A stretch of 64,000 nucleotides of DNA. Source: Octopus vulgaris (lineage: Eukaryota). Numbering within the stretch: the first letter of the stretch is position 1; each line of letters starts with the position of its first letter. A model generated the notes under the pieces. It did no database searches and was not told the origin of the DNA. It worked only from the letters and a program-made list of their open reading frames with translations. The stretch is from positions 37,200,001 to 37,264,000 of the forward strand of contig OX597821.1 of assembly GCA_951406725.2 (NCBI GenBank), read 5' to 3'. Positions 37,963-52,358 of the stretch are shown here, in pieces. A program made the translations under genes and the position numbers.

Positions 37963-40559
37963 GTAATAATAATAATAATATAATAGATATGTGCGAAAGA
38001 TCGCCGATATGTGCAAGAGTTAAATGAATGGGTGCAATAAATATTGTTTGTTTGCATAAGATGTATCTAAACATTAAACAAATTCTTATCTCAACACGTG
38101 CGTCGTACCTAATCAATAGATTATTAACTTCCCTCCACTTTATTATTTTGAATCTGTGCTACAGGAGGTATTGAAATACAAATTCTGCTTTACTGAAAGT
38201 AAACATCGAAGTAAATATAAAAAAATTAAATTAAAAAATGAAGAAAATCGCTGGCTGGCAATGATTTCTCAATTCTTTAACATTTAGAAGAATTGTGTGT
38301 AGATTAAAAAAAAAAAATTCCCGAGCAGAGTAGCGCAAGAGTCATAACACTAATATTTAATTTTAACCAACACGACCTTCTACAAACCCCAAAACATACA
38401 TAACCGAACAAACGAAAGAGAAGTGTTGTTATGCGACCAAACGTAAACCATTGTAACTCATTTAGCCATATTTTGCACAAATCTATTGTCCCACATCTTA
38501 CAAACAACGCCAAAGAAATCAAATACGAATTTAGTTTTAGATACACTGTTTCAGAAAAGCATAAGTCTAAACAACACAAAAATAGCCTTGAATACATAGG
38601 GTTTACTTCTTCCATTATTCCCCATATACAATTATTTCAACCTTACATCTGCTTACAACCATAGCTACAAACAGAAAAGTGATGTGAAAACAATCCGCTT
38701 TCATTTTCGACATCATTCCAAATAGACAGAAGAGAAAAATATTAAGAGTTACATGCAACACATCCAGTTCATTCACATATAAAATTCAGTAAAGAAAGTA
38801 AAAGGACTTTCATATTTTGAGGGCTCACAGATAACCCATGATGGAAAAAACAGAATTGTTCAAGTTATACATTATACATTAGATAACATAAACATGTAAG
38901 GAAGAACACTTTGTATTGCAATAAACTTCAAACCTCACATGTACACCACCCTAAAAATTACTATCTTATAACTTGGCTGATCTTTCAGTATCTCAAAACT
39001 TTCACACTTTCTCTGCACAGATGACATTACACTGGTTTATACTCTATTCTCCATACATTTACTCCAACTCTACATCAATTCCCTAGAAAAATACTGCCAA
39101 AACTTGTTTGTGTGTGTGTGTATATATATTATCCTCCTCATTTTGCTTCCGTTTTCCATGGTGGCATAAGTTGGACAGTTTGATAAGAGTTGGTAAGGCC
39201 AGGGGCTGAACCAGGCTCCATTGTTGTGGCATGGTTTCTACAGCTGGAGCCCTTCCTAACGCCAACCATTTTACAGTATGCACCGGGTGCTTTTTATGTG
39301 GCACCAGTACTTGTACCAATTCTGCTGTGGTTGATGGGTCTTCCTGGGTTAGCGGGGTGCCAGTTATCTTAGTCCTTTGTCATCTTTGTAAGGCTCAGTG
39401 TCTTGAGGTCAATCTTCAATACTTTGTCCCATGTCTTTCTGGATCTCGCTCTCCCACAGGCTTCACCCACTTTGTGATTGACTCCTCTCTATGCAACTGT
39501 CTACATCCATACGCATAACATGCCCAAACCAGTGCAGTCTTCTCTCTTGCATATAATCCTTATGCCTAACTTTTCTCTCAGTACACTAACGCTCTGTCAC
39601 ACATGTATGCTGATGTTGTGCATTCAGCAGAGCATACTACTACCTTCATGTAGCGTTGCTGTTCATAGACTTCATCATCATCATCATCGTTTAGCATCTG
39701 CTTTCCATGCTAGCATGGGTTGGACGGTTCAACTGGGGTCTGGGAAGCCAGAAGGCTGCACCAGGCCCAGTCTGATCTGGCAATGTTTCTACGGCTGGAT
39801 GCCCTTCCTAACGCTAACCACTCCGTGAGTGTAGTGGGTGCTTTTTACGTGCCACTGGCACAGGTGCCAGACGAGGCGGGCAAACGGTCACGATCGGATG
39901 GTGCTTTTTACGTGCCACCGGCACGGGGGGGCCAGGCGAGGCTGGCAACGGCCACGAACGGATGGTGCTTTTTACGTGCCAGACGAGGCTGGCAAACGGC
40001 CACGATCGGATGGTGCTTTTTACATGCCACCGGCACTGGGGGCAGGCGAGGCTGGCAACAGTCACGAACGGATGGTGCTTTTTATCATACAAATCTTCAC
40101 AACTGAACCATCTGTGATTGTTGAGCACAAGGTGGCTTACGCAACATGGAACCAGCTTGGCCTGCACCCTGCTAATGTCCATCCCCCTATCCCCACTGTG
40201 GATGTTTGGTCTTCTCAAAAGAAATGGGATGCCGTCCAGTGTTGCATGATCTTGGATGAGTTAATGTGCCAACTTGGAATGTTTCTGCTCAGCTTCTGTG
40301 CCTCCTTGCAGTGGGGCTTGGATCAATACAGTGCCGCCACTTTTGACTGGCACTCACCTTGACAGTGATTGTTTGCACTTCAGCATTTCCCTGAGGCTTC
40401 GGTTCCTGATCTGTGAACCTCATGAATACCGTTGTGAATCCAATGCAGATTCTTTCTGCTTCTACATGGTGTCAGAGTGCTGATTGCCTTCCACACCATG
40501 TTGTCCTTAACAAAATCATAAAATATTGCCTAGACATCACTGGCTTCCCTTCCCAGCTT

Positions 40560-40800
40560 GAGTAGCGTATGAGACCAAAGAGACAGTAAAAGGACTGGCA
40601 CTATGTCAATTTTCCCGTTATTTAACCCTTACACTGGCAACTTGGTGTGTTCATCTACCAGCCCACGCTTTGCTGTTTGTCAGGCTGAGAAAAGCAAACT
40701 GTCAAGGTATCGGTTGCTCTCTGACAGGTTTATGGTCAAGCCTGTAGCAGTGGAGACCTTGGCATTCTTGGCCCCCAAGACCATATCCCAGCTCAAAGTC
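40560..40800 (+). mobile_element. CRE-like restriction-like endonuclease relic
   Basis: AEKSKLSRY..L...F...PVAVETL motif. Confidence 0.5.
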
Positions 40801-41262
40801 AACATACATTTTTATTCTATACACTTATATGTAGACCAGGCCATAAAGGGTTAATATTTTCACCATATGATTATAAAGCTGAAGAAAGGTGCCATGGTAG
40901 AAAAGTCAGAATACAAGATGGGATGCTAATTAATTAGAGAAGATAATGCAAAGGAGAGTGAGGGAAAAGATGAAATGATAAGAAAGTGAAAAATAAAAAA
41001 ATACCAGATACAGTGGCATTTGTAAATTGTACTCACAATGCCCACATGTTTGGTTGGAGATACAAGAAGAGTGAGAGGAAGTTGTGATGAAAGAGTACAC
41101 CAGGGTTCACCACCACCCCCTGCCAGACCCTTGTGGAGCTTTAGGCGTTTTCGCTCAATAAACACTCACAATGTCTGGTTTGGGAATTGAAACTGCAATC
41201 CTATGACTGCGAGTCCACTGCCCTAACCACTGGGCCATTGCACCTCCACACACACACATACA

Positions 41263-42496
41263 CAGGGTGTGATGGATAAATTGTTGCCATTTTATATTTT
41301 TTTAATTTTGTGCATGCACATTGTTTGCTTTTGATTTTGTTGACCACACAATATAGTAGGGTCAGTTGGGCACTGTCTGTGAGGAAAACATCACAATGAC
41401 GCAATTCACTCTGCCAGAAATTTGGAAACAACATGCTGTGCTGCTTGGCATTCATGCTGGAAGCTCCAATACAAACATTTCAGAGTGTTTGGGTGTCAAT
41501 CTGAGGACAGTGCAGAGGATTTGGAAAGAGTTGGATGAGTCTAATGGTGATTACAAAGGTACAGCAGCTCGGAAAACTCACTCTGATCATTCTGATAAGC
41601 AAAGAACTCCTGAATTTGTTGGTGAGATCCAGGCCATGATAGACAACGATCCCTCTAAGTCAATCAGGTCCAATCACCAGAGACATGAGAGTGCCTGGCT
41701 TTCTTATCAGGCAGGTAGTGCATGAAGACATTTGGTATTCCTCATACAAGATGAGAAAGGGCCAATTTCTATCCCAAGCCATCAAGGACAAGGAAAGACT
41801 GTGCTACAAAGCTTTTGAACAAATTCAAACATATTTTGGTTTTTCTCCAACCAAACATGTTTTGGTTTTTCTCAGACAAGAAAATTTTGCGCCAGAATGA
41901 GATGGTGAACACACAGAACAACTGTTGGCTTGCAGTGTCCCCAAAAGATGTACTGAAAGTGATAAAGATCAAACATCCAGTCAGCATCATGGTGTTTGGA
42001 GTGATCACTAGTGATGGCAATAGGACTCTGCACCATGCCACACAAGCAGGAGAACCCAGTCATAATGTCAGACAATTGCTGTGACCTCATCACCCCTAAC
42101 ATTTGGCCACCTAACTCCCCAGATTGCATCCTCCTTGATTATTATGTGTGGGGTGCAGTTGAGTGAAAGACCAACAAAACTTGTAACACCAAAGGTGAAC
42201 TGCAGGCAAGGATTATGGCCGCATTCACCAACAAGGAAACTGTCCAGAAAAGTTAAATTCTGAATGTGTCTGGAGGCCATGGTTAAAGCTAATGGTGATT
42301 TTATTGAATAATAATAATAATGAAATTATTGTACACAGTGCTCGGGTGCACTACAACTTGTCAGAGTATAGTACTTTACACTTTAGTATTTCAAGATATT
42401 TTTATGTAATTTTGGTAAATATATCTGTTAAAATGAGATGTCAGTGTTATTTTCATTTTTGCGTAATTTAGACAACAATTTATTCATCACACCCTG
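41263..42496 (+). mobile_element. Tc1/mariner superfamily (maT-like) transposon, degenerate, in AMD1 intron 1
   Basis: TIRs cagggtgtgatggataaattgttg / caacaatttattcatcacaccctg; HTH region, FSDKK.., VSIMVFGVITSDG, WPPNSPDC..LDYYVWG motifs. Confidence 0.85.
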
Positions 42497-43130
42497 TATA
42501 TGTATGTATGTATAGTACTTGACCAATTTACTGTTTCCGCTCCCTTTGACTGTTGAAATGTGAAGAATTTTTTCCTAGTATTTTTTTTAGTGAATTTATT
42601 ACTGCATAGAATTTGTGACAGGTGGAAAGTACCTGAATAATTATGTAGCACTTTATGTTTGGTGCTCCTTTTGAAACATGTAGTACACCTATTCTATTCC
42701 TTTCATTTACAGACTATATATAAATTCACAAATTATATAGATATAATTATTATGAAGGGTACTGAGAAACAGCACCTACATGCCAAAAGACTCTAAAAAC
42801 CGCTTCAAATTACACTCTATTAGCATATTCTACTGATGACTGTAAAGTAATTTGTATTACTAAACTAGAAATCAGACAATCTAGACTTGACCTCAAAATT
42901 TTTCTGCTCTATTCTTTAGAGTGTGCTTCTTTTCTGATATGTATTTTATTGACTATATATATATGTAAATATAATATGTGGCAATTATTTGGTAGCCAAG
43001 ATAAAACTCTTGGCTACCAAATAATTGTCACATATTATATTTACAGATAAATCCCTCTATTTACATAATATTGAGGTCTCTTTCTTTCTTTTGTTATCTT
43101 ACCGTTTTTACCAATATATGTATATGTGTA

Positions 43131-43179
<49 letters not shown>

Positions 43180-43959
43180 TCATCATCATTGTTTAACGTC
43201 CGTTTTCCATGCTAGCATTGGTTGGACGGTTCAACTGGGGTCTGGGAAGCCAGAAGGCTGTGCCAGGCCCAGTCTGATCTGGCAGTGTTTCTACGGCTGG
43301 ATGCCCTTCCTAATGTCAACCACTCTGTGAGTGTAGTGGGTGCTTTTTACGTGCCACCTGCACAGGTGCCAGATGAGGCTGGCAACGGCCACGTTCGGAT
43401 GGTTCTCTTACGTGCCATTGGCACTGGTATCACAGCTACATATATTATGTATATCATTATCATTTAATGTCCATTCTCCATGCTGGCATGGATTAGATGG
43501 CTTGGCAGGATGTGGTAAGCTGCAGGGTTGCTCCAAGCTCTGGTGTCAGCTTTGGCATGATTTTTGCAGCCGGATTCCCTCCCTAATGTCGGCCACTTTA
43601 CAGTGTGGCCTCGGTGCTTTTTTCATGCTGTGAGGTCGTCAAGTAAATTGCAACATGTGGAAAGAATGGAAAGTTTCTATGCCTAAAGTGAGTGGGTATG
43701 GTACTAGAGAGTGGCAGGTGACATCTTTTTGTCTGGTTCTGTGAGGCTGAAGTATGATGGAGGGAGAAACACAGATGTCTTGCTATAGAGGAGACATGTG
43801 CGGGGAGAGCGACTGGGGGGTTAGAGATGGGAGAAGAGGTGAATGTAGTGAGTGATGAACAAGGGTAGAGTTGTGTTTGATAGCAAATATCAGTATGAAG
43901 AGGTGGGTGGGGGTGGGTAAGCAGTGGCTCAGGAAAGAGGATAGAAAGAATAAGAATAC

Positions 43960-45350
43960 CTTTAGGACATTTCTGTTGTGATTGAGGTGTCTTTTTGAGC
44001 ACAGCAAATTGCCAGGCCTCTTGGTCCTTTGTCATCTCTTCTGAGAGATTCAGCATCTTGGGATCCAATTTCACTATTTTGTCACATGTCTTCCTGGGCC
44101 TCCCTTTTCTTCCACAACTACTATTCAGTTTTAGTGATTGGCACGGCTTTGTCTTCATCTGTTTATATCACATTAGCACACCAGGGCAGTCTTTTCTCTT
44201 GCACACTACATCGAATTCCTCTTATTGCTGATTTTGATCTCAATAACTGAGCACTTTATCGTACATGTAAGCCAAACACTGCACATCCAGTGGAGCACAT
44301 GAGCCTCATTCTTGTAGTCTTCCATATCCTCTGCATTCAGGGCCCATGTCTTACTACCATGTAGCATTGCTGTTTGCACACAAGTATCATACCATCTGCC
44401 TTTCAGTTTGAGAGTGAGAAAGCGACCTTTTATAGCTAACAGAGGTAAGAGCTCTCTCAGTATCCCATTTTTATTCCAGCAACTCTACTTCCAGAGCATC
44501 CTCCTCCACTGCTAATTAGGTCCCCTAGATAACTGAAACTGCTACCTCTAGGGCGCATTCAAGTCATTTGAGAAAACCACTTACCCCATGTGTCCTTAGT
44601 GTTTATTGCTCCTGTTCAGCTTCCACATACCAACACTACTTTCTCTGTTAACCTTCTTGTGAGTCCATGGCAACCCTTGTATATTTAGTTTGCACTGGAT
44701 ATACCATATGAAATTCCAGCCTACGCCTTTCCTGCATGTTGAGCAGGACCATTACCTGAGGAGAGTAGAGTCCTGTCTGTTCTCATGTTCACTCGAACTT
44801 TGGTCTTTACTAAGATAATTTTAAGGCCCTTTCATTCCAGGTTTTGCTTTCATACTTGGAATTTCATTTTTATGTCTACTACAGATTCTATTATAAGAAT
44901 GAGGTCCTCAGCATATAATAGTTCCTAAGGGCAGCTAGTCATAAATTCCCTTGTTATGTCCTGGAGGTCAATGATAATAGGGGGCTGAAAACTGAACCCT
45001 GGTGAACTCGTATCTGTACTCGAAATTGCTGTACTTATGACTAACTCAAGCTTACTAACAGTACCCCTGCACATGGTTTACATGGCTTTCACAAGCCATT
45101 TGTCTATCTCTAGTTTCCTTGCAAACCACCAAATTACAAAGCATGGCACTCTATTGAAGGATTTCTGCAGGTCAATGACTGCTAAGTACAACGGTTTACA
45201 TTTAGCTAAATACTTCTGCTGTGGCTGTTTCACTAGGAAGATGGTATTAGTAGTCATACTCCCCATCACAAAACCAAACTACATTTTATCTAGTCTAATT
45301 CTGTTACAAATTAATTGGGCTATAATTCTCTCTGTAATTTTCTTGATCTA
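43960..45350 (-). mobile_element. RTE-like LINE fragment
   Basis: KYLAKCKPLYLAVIDLQKSFNRVP and GRKGRPRKT motifs; related to the plus-strand copy at 45880-46980. Confidence 0.75.
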
Positions 45351-45879
45351 TTTCACCAATTTGGTATTGCTATAATTACTTGAGCAATTTGATACTTCTG
45401 TAATTACTTTAGTAATTTGATGTATTGTTTGTTCATTTTACATCCGTTATTTTTCCATGGCTTGGCTATGATTGTGGCATTTTTTATAGTTTGATGTCCT
45501 TGTTCATAACCCTTATCTTGTTTTCAAATAATACTCTTTTCATGGCACAAAGCCAGCTGACAGTTTGTTGAGAGGAGAAATAATATTATAATTTGTTCTT
45601 CAGTGATTTTTGAAGAAGCTCAAATGTAAACAACACACAGACACACACATGCGTACGTGTGTGTGTGTGTGTGTCACAAAATCTAGCTGTGAGTGAAGTA
45701 AAAGGAATGCTAACATTCCTTCTATGCTTTTGATGTGTTTCCTACAGACCATTTTTTGGATTGTTGATCATTCCTCAGACATATCCAGCTTCCTGCCTCA
45801 AACTTATGGCATTGATTCTTTAGTTGTAAATTATGCTAGCATTTAAATGGATAGCCTAAGTTGCATGTTTGTACTTTTG

Positions 45880-46980
45880 ACAGCTTGTCAGGAGAACTAA
45901 AGTTAATTTGGCAAAGACCAAAGTTCTACTTACTAAGAAAACCTTTTGAGTAAATGGCCTTGTTCAATATGTAGGTGTTGGTAGAAATTCCATTTGTTGT
46001 ACTCATTGCAAACTATGGACATATAAGAGATGCAGTGGAATCACAGGAAGGTTAACTTTGTTGCAGATGCATAGGTGAAATCTTTATATATAAAACTAAA
46101 GTTGTGTGTGTGTCTGTCTACTCCGATTTAGATTCCTAACTACTCCCACATTTTGCGGTGCAGTTTAACCAAAAGCGGGTATCTTATAGTCGTGATTCAT
46201 ATCGAACCTTTCAGGGTATTACGACTTAAAAAAAAATTTACCATCATTTTTCCGCATTTTTAATGATTTTTGCTCGGTTTATATAAGGGAAGTAACTCTC
46301 TAAAAATGCTTATATAGTTATTTCCCTTACAAACCCGAGCAACGCCGGGCGATACTGCTAGTAAACACTAAAAGCAAATGGGAAATGCCTAGGAGGCAGT
46401 AGATAGTTCCTGTCACTTAGGTGACCTTAATTAGCAGTGGAAGTGGTGGTGCTGATAGTATAGTTGCTAGAATAAGAACTGACAGGAGAAAGTGCAGTGA
46501 ATCCTTACCTCTATTGGTAACAAAAATCCCGTCTCTCTTTCTGCCAGAGTGAAAGACAGATTGCACAATGCCTTAAAAGAAACAACAATGCCACATGGTT
46601 GTGTAACTTGGGCTGCAAGTGCGAAAGACACACAAAAACTGGAAAGGAATGAAGCTAGCATGCTCCAGTGGATGTATAATGTCAGTGTCACATGCAAAAA
46701 AAGTACAAATGTCTTGAGAAAAAATTGGACGTAAGAGGCATCGGTTGTGGTGTGCAGGAGAGAAGGTTGCATTGGTATGGTCATGTGATGTGAATGGATG
46801 AATGAGGACAGCCACTTAAAGAAATGCCAATTGCTAAATGTGGAAGGAGCTTGTGGAAGAGAAAGACCTGTGAAAAGGTGAGATGAAGTGATAAAAACTG
46901 GCCTCATGATGTTGAACCTCTCAGAGAAAATGACGGGGTGCTGAGATGAGTGGTGATATGCTGTACTAGAGAAAACCCAT
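45880..46980 (+). mobile_element. RTE-like LINE fragment containing a Helitron
   Basis: HGCVTWA...KLERNEASMLQWMYNVS motif. Confidence 0.7.
46081..46361 (+). mobile_element. Non-autonomous Helitron, internally deleted copy inserted in an RTE-like LINE fragment
   Basis: Same TC...CTAG termini, A|T insertion site, LINE sequence continues on both sides. Confidence 0.8.
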
Positions 46981-48187
46981 CCATTACAGCAACATTGAGG
47001 GCCTGTCAAGCTTTCCCCCTTCACAACTTAACTTCTAATACCCATCCCTCCATCTTTCTTTTGTGGTACTACTTACTTGAGTGTTGTAAAGGATGCCATT
47101 ATCCCCCTGATTACCTCATACTGAATCTCTACTATTGTCTTCTATCACCTCCCACTTCCTGATCCACACCTGTTTCCTTTCATCTACTTCCCCTCCCCCA
47201 AAATGATATTCCATCCATCTCAGTCCCCAATGGGGCTCGGCACAGCACTCTGGCTCATCAATTCTTTTCAAAACTATACAACCCATGCCAGCCTAGTAAA
47301 AGATGCTAAATGATGATGATGATGATTCTCTCTTTCTTTCTTTTACTTGTTTCAGTCATTTGACTGCAGCCATGCTGGAGCACCGCCTTTAGTCAAGCAA
47401 ATCAACCCAGGGACTTATTCTTTTGTAAGCCCAGTACTTATTCTATCGGTCTCTTTTGCCGAACCGCTAAGTGACGGGGACGTAAACACACCAGCATCGG
47501 TTGTCAAGCAATTCTCGGGGGACAAACACAGACACACAAACACATACATACATATACATATATAATCATATATACGACAGGCTTCTTTCAGTTTCCGTCT
47601 ACCAAATCCACTCACAAGGCATTGGTCGGCCCGGGGCTATAGCAGTAGACACTTGCCCAAGATGCCATGCAGTGGGACTGAACCCGGAACCATGTGGTTG
47701 GTTAGCAAGCTACTTACCACACAGCCACTCCTGCGCCCATGATGATATTTATTTGTTTTTAACAGGTTATATCTATAAGAAGATCATCATTATTTCACAC
47801 CCATCTTGCATGCTGGCATGGGTTGGACAGTTTGGCAGGTGTTGCCAAGCTGGAGAGCTGCGCCAGGCTCCATTTGTCTGCTTTGGCATGGTTTCAATGG
47901 CTGGGTGCCCTTCCTAATGCCAACCACTTTACAGACTGTACTGGGTGCTTTTTATGTGGAACCGGCACTGGTGCTTTTTATGTGGCGCTAACTCCAGTCG
48001 GGTTGCTAAGTAACTCATCTGAGAGAGGGAGTGGAACTGGGAAATGATTTTTTTTGCCAGGTGAGATGTTAAAATATAATAGAAAGATAGAGATAGGTGT
48101 CTTACTATACTTGGCTACCCCAGTAGGAAAAGAAAGTGGTGATAGAAATTTAGAGAGAGAGAAATAGATGGATGTATTGGGACCTAT

Positions 48188-48263
<76 letters not shown>

Positions 48264-50304
48264 CTTACTCTACAGATGCATGTATGTGTACATAAACATG
48301 CATACCTATATAACCACACATATACCTATACATCCATACATATATACACCCACATACATTACTTTGCTCTTTTTTACAGTTTTACAATATTACATACTAC
48401 AATAATACAAGTACTTTCATACTTTTTGCAATCTTTAGGTTCATGTAGCAGCAGCTTTAACGGACTGTTGTGCTTTACAGTTGACAACCTGTCTGGATTT
48501 CTCCTTCAAATACTTTCTATAGCTCCAGCTTTGGACCTATTATGATTATCTAATCTAGTTTTGGAGTTTACAAGACATATTTGTAAACGTATCTAGACTG
48601 ATATGTAGTGACTACACATTGATAAACAACATTGTTCATTAGGCATCAAATGGACAGGATGAAGGACATTTGTTGAGTATTTTGCTGGATTTGGATCAAA
48701 GATCCAATCACTTTGCACTTAATAGAGTCTCAAACAACTAATCTGCATGTGTTCTGACGCCTACCTTTTTTCTATAAATTGGTGTAACAAATCATCTATG
48801 AGCAGAGGGGTAGTCACGTTATTTTCCTGCCGTAATTCACTAGAGCAAAGTTTATATAACAGAGCACGTGTAACCACTGATGACCTGAGCTGAATTATCC
48901 AAACAATGGATGAACTATACAACCACCAGAATTCACGATGCTTTATTAAGTCCACTGGACTATTTAACGAAGGAATAAAGTCTTGCTGTTATTTTCAAAG
49001 TTAATTTCTTGTATTTTTTCCATGAGCAAACAGACAACATATATAGCATAATGGTATGCAAGATTCTTTAGTAAGCCAAGGGAAATGTAAACTTAATGCA
49101 ATATCTTCCCGTGCTACAAACTTTAATTCTCATTTATACGTTTCTGTTTACATTTTGCTTTTCTATATCACTTTGATCTTAAGCATATATATGTGTACTT
49201 GTTTGTGCATAGGAATTTATGTGTCTAGCTATGCATGGAACTTTGTCCACCTGTCTCATTTCAGCTATTTTGTTGTGCATTTCTTTATTTCTTCCAGCCT
49301 TTTCCTTTGATTAACTTGCAGCATAAGTCTGTGTATATGTTTGTTTAGCTATGTTTGCATATATACTTGACATACCTTTAATATCATACAATGGTATTTG
49401 TCTGTAGGATTTTATATTTAAGTATGTATCTGTGCCTATATTTTATTCTATTTTTCCTAGTATATACATGTGTAATGGATATGTTGATACATATTTGTAT
49501 GTTGGCTGTGTATATTTGGGAATATGTGTGTATGTATAATATATATATGTATGTATGCATGTATATCATCGTTGTCATCGTTTAACATTTGCTTTCCATG
49601 CTGGCATGGGTTGGACAGTGTGACTGAGAGCTGGCAAACCAGAAATCAGCACCAAGCTCCAATCTGATCTGGCAAAGTTTCTACAGCTGGATGCCCTTCT
49701 TAACACCAACTACTCAGAGAGTGTAGTGGGTGCTTTTACGTGCAACTGGCATGAGGGCCAGTCAGGTGGTACTGGTGTCGACTGTGCTTGAATGGTGCAT
49801 TTTATGTGCCACCGGCATGGGACCAGTCAGGGGGCACTGACATCAACCATGCTCGTAGTGCTTTTTTAGGTATATATATATATGCATGTATTTGTGTGTA
49901 TGTATTTTTGTTTCTATATATTTATATTTGTGTGTGTGTATGATTATGTACATATGGTGATATGCTTAGCATCTGTCTTTCTACTTTGTGTATGTGTGTG
50001 TAGACTAGTGTATTCATGTATGCATATGTTCTAGTAACCTACCACTATTGCTTTACTTTATCCTTTTTTCATTTTCCTCTTTCCTCTTCTTCCCTAACTT
50101 CTGTATTTGACATTTTATTACTTATATTTATCCATTCTTAGGGATAAACATCCCAGCTTTCAGTACATTAGTTTCCCATTACTAATGCCACATATACATT
50201 AATGGAGATTATAATCTTTTGCAATCATTACAATAATTTGTGTATGATGATAACAAAATGAAACCAGGCTTCTGTTTATTTTGCTAAGGTAATCAGGAAG
50301 CACT

Positions 50305-50340
<36 letters not shown>

Positions 50341-50763
50341 ATTCTAATCTCCACTCCCACTTTGGTCGTTTCTGCTAACCCAGTTTTCTTTTGTGTCCTC
50401 CTTTATGGTGGACTATTTTTTTAACTGAAAAGTTAGATGTTCCTGAGTTTAAAGTACATCTGTAAGTTATGAGAGAGTTATAATGTTATGTAAGGTATAC
50501 CTGATATGCTTTTGAAACAATTGAAGTTCTCCACAACCTCTTCCATCCCTTTTATTTATGTGTATGTACCAAGAATCTTGTCCTGGGATAACTTCCCACA
50601 AGTCACAGACCCTGAAAATGTCAAAAGAGCACTGGCCGTCCTCCTCTGAATTAGTAATGTTTAAAACAGGCCATAAGCCAATGATTCATAGCATACATCT
50701 AGTTAACATCTGATAGCATAATTGTAATGATTTGGTTAATATTTTCTCTTTTTTATTCTTTAG

Positions 50764-50850
50764 ACAAGAATGGGCAGAACTGCTTAAAAATGTCCGTGTT
50801 GAAATAATTAGCTATCAGAAAGATGCAGATATGGATGCTTATGTTTTAAG
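50764..50850 (+). CDS. AMD1: AMD1 coding exon 2 (QEWAELLKNVRVEIISYQKDADMDAYVL-S)
   Basis: Acceptor ttctttag, donor GTAATA, 87 nt, phase 2 to 2; W..LL..V...IIS and AYVLS motifs. Confidence 0.93.
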
Positions 50851-51568
50851 GTAATATTTACTTAAATGCAGAATCTATATATACATAAAATCCTTTGTGT
50901 TTCTGTTCCCAGCGCTTTCTCAAATGGCTCAATCAAATCAAATTTTACATGGTAATACTATGAGACCCCAGGAGTGTCAACATAATTTCTTTGAGTTAAA
51001 AACAATATAACATTGGTACTGTTTCTGTATTACTTCCCAAAACAAGAAGAATAAAAGTGAAACCTTCGATGGAGTAACAGTTATAGTTTCACTTTTATCT
51101 TCTTTCACTTTTATTCTTTCACTTTTAATATTTTCACTGTGTATATAAATGTAATATACAAGATAGAGATGTGTGTGTATTCGCTTTTCACATGAAAATG
51201 GCTTCACCAATCACTCCCGTACTTGTGAGGCATGAATAATTTGACCCCGGACATATAATAGGGTCTTCATTTGATCGCTTTATATTTCTGATTCACTTCT
51301 CAATGTCAACTTAAGGTATTGGCATAAAAATGGTGAAGTCTCTCTCACTCTCTATTTTAATGCTCCTTTACTTGTTTCAGTCATTTGACTGCGGCCATGC
51401 TGGAGCACCGCCTTTAGTCGAACAAATCGACCGCAAGACTTATTCTTTGTAAGCCTAGTACTTATTCTATCGGTCTCTTTTGCCGAACTGTTAAGTTACG
51501 GGGGCGTAAACACACCAGCATCGGTTGTCAAGCAATGTTGGTGGGGCAAACACAAACATATATACACG

Positions 51569-51605
<37 letters not shown>

Positions 51606-52324
51606 TCATACGTCCGTTTTCCGCGCTATTAACGGGTTGGACGGTTTCGACCGGGGTCTGGGGAGCTCGGGACACAGGTGCCAGAGGGGTCTGGCATCGG
51701 CCACGTTCGGATGGTGCTTTTTATGGGGGGGGTGCAGAAATATAGGGGAGCACCAGTGGGAGGGGTATATATATACACATATATACGACGGGCTTCTTTC
51801 AGTTTCTGTCTACCAAATCCACTCACAAGGCTTTGGTTGGCCCAAGGCTGTAGTAGAAGACACTTGCCCAAGGTGCCAGTAAGCTACTGTTCGCTATTTG
51901 TAAACAACTACAATAAATTATTGAAATTTATTTATGAAGTTCACAAATCTAAATATTCGGTACAACATAGTTCTTAACATGCTTTTATTTACATGATTTT
52001 TTTCATTCCATGTTTATCTTATTGTTTGCAATGTTATCACTCTCTCTCTCTCCAGGTTTGATTTCATTCTGAACTCACACACTTAGATAATTTCCATAAA
52101 AAATTTTTTATTCATTTTCTTTTTGCACACTGTATTCAGCTCTATGTATTTGTGGTCAGTCACACATGCATGTGTGTGTTTTTGTATGTACGTTTGTTTA
52201 AATTTATGTGTGTGAGTGAAGGGGTATGTTGTTATGTATACGTACATACATAAATACATATGCATACATCTTTTTTCTGTGTGTGTGTGAGTACCACTTA
52301 GACATCACTCTCTCTCTCTCTCTT

Positions 52325-52358
<34 letters not shown>

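Noticed and set aside
39835-40085. CRISPR-like repeat/spacer appearance (also ~19800-20070, 54830-55030, 62290-62570)
   Set aside because: The intervening segments resemble each other, the arrays are internal to a dispersed SINE-like family, the DNA is eukaryotic and there are no cas genes.
39478-40362. Overlapping 116-174 aa ORFs
   Set aside because: They arise from GC-richer SINE repeats and a retroelement relic; no splice-consistent gene model.
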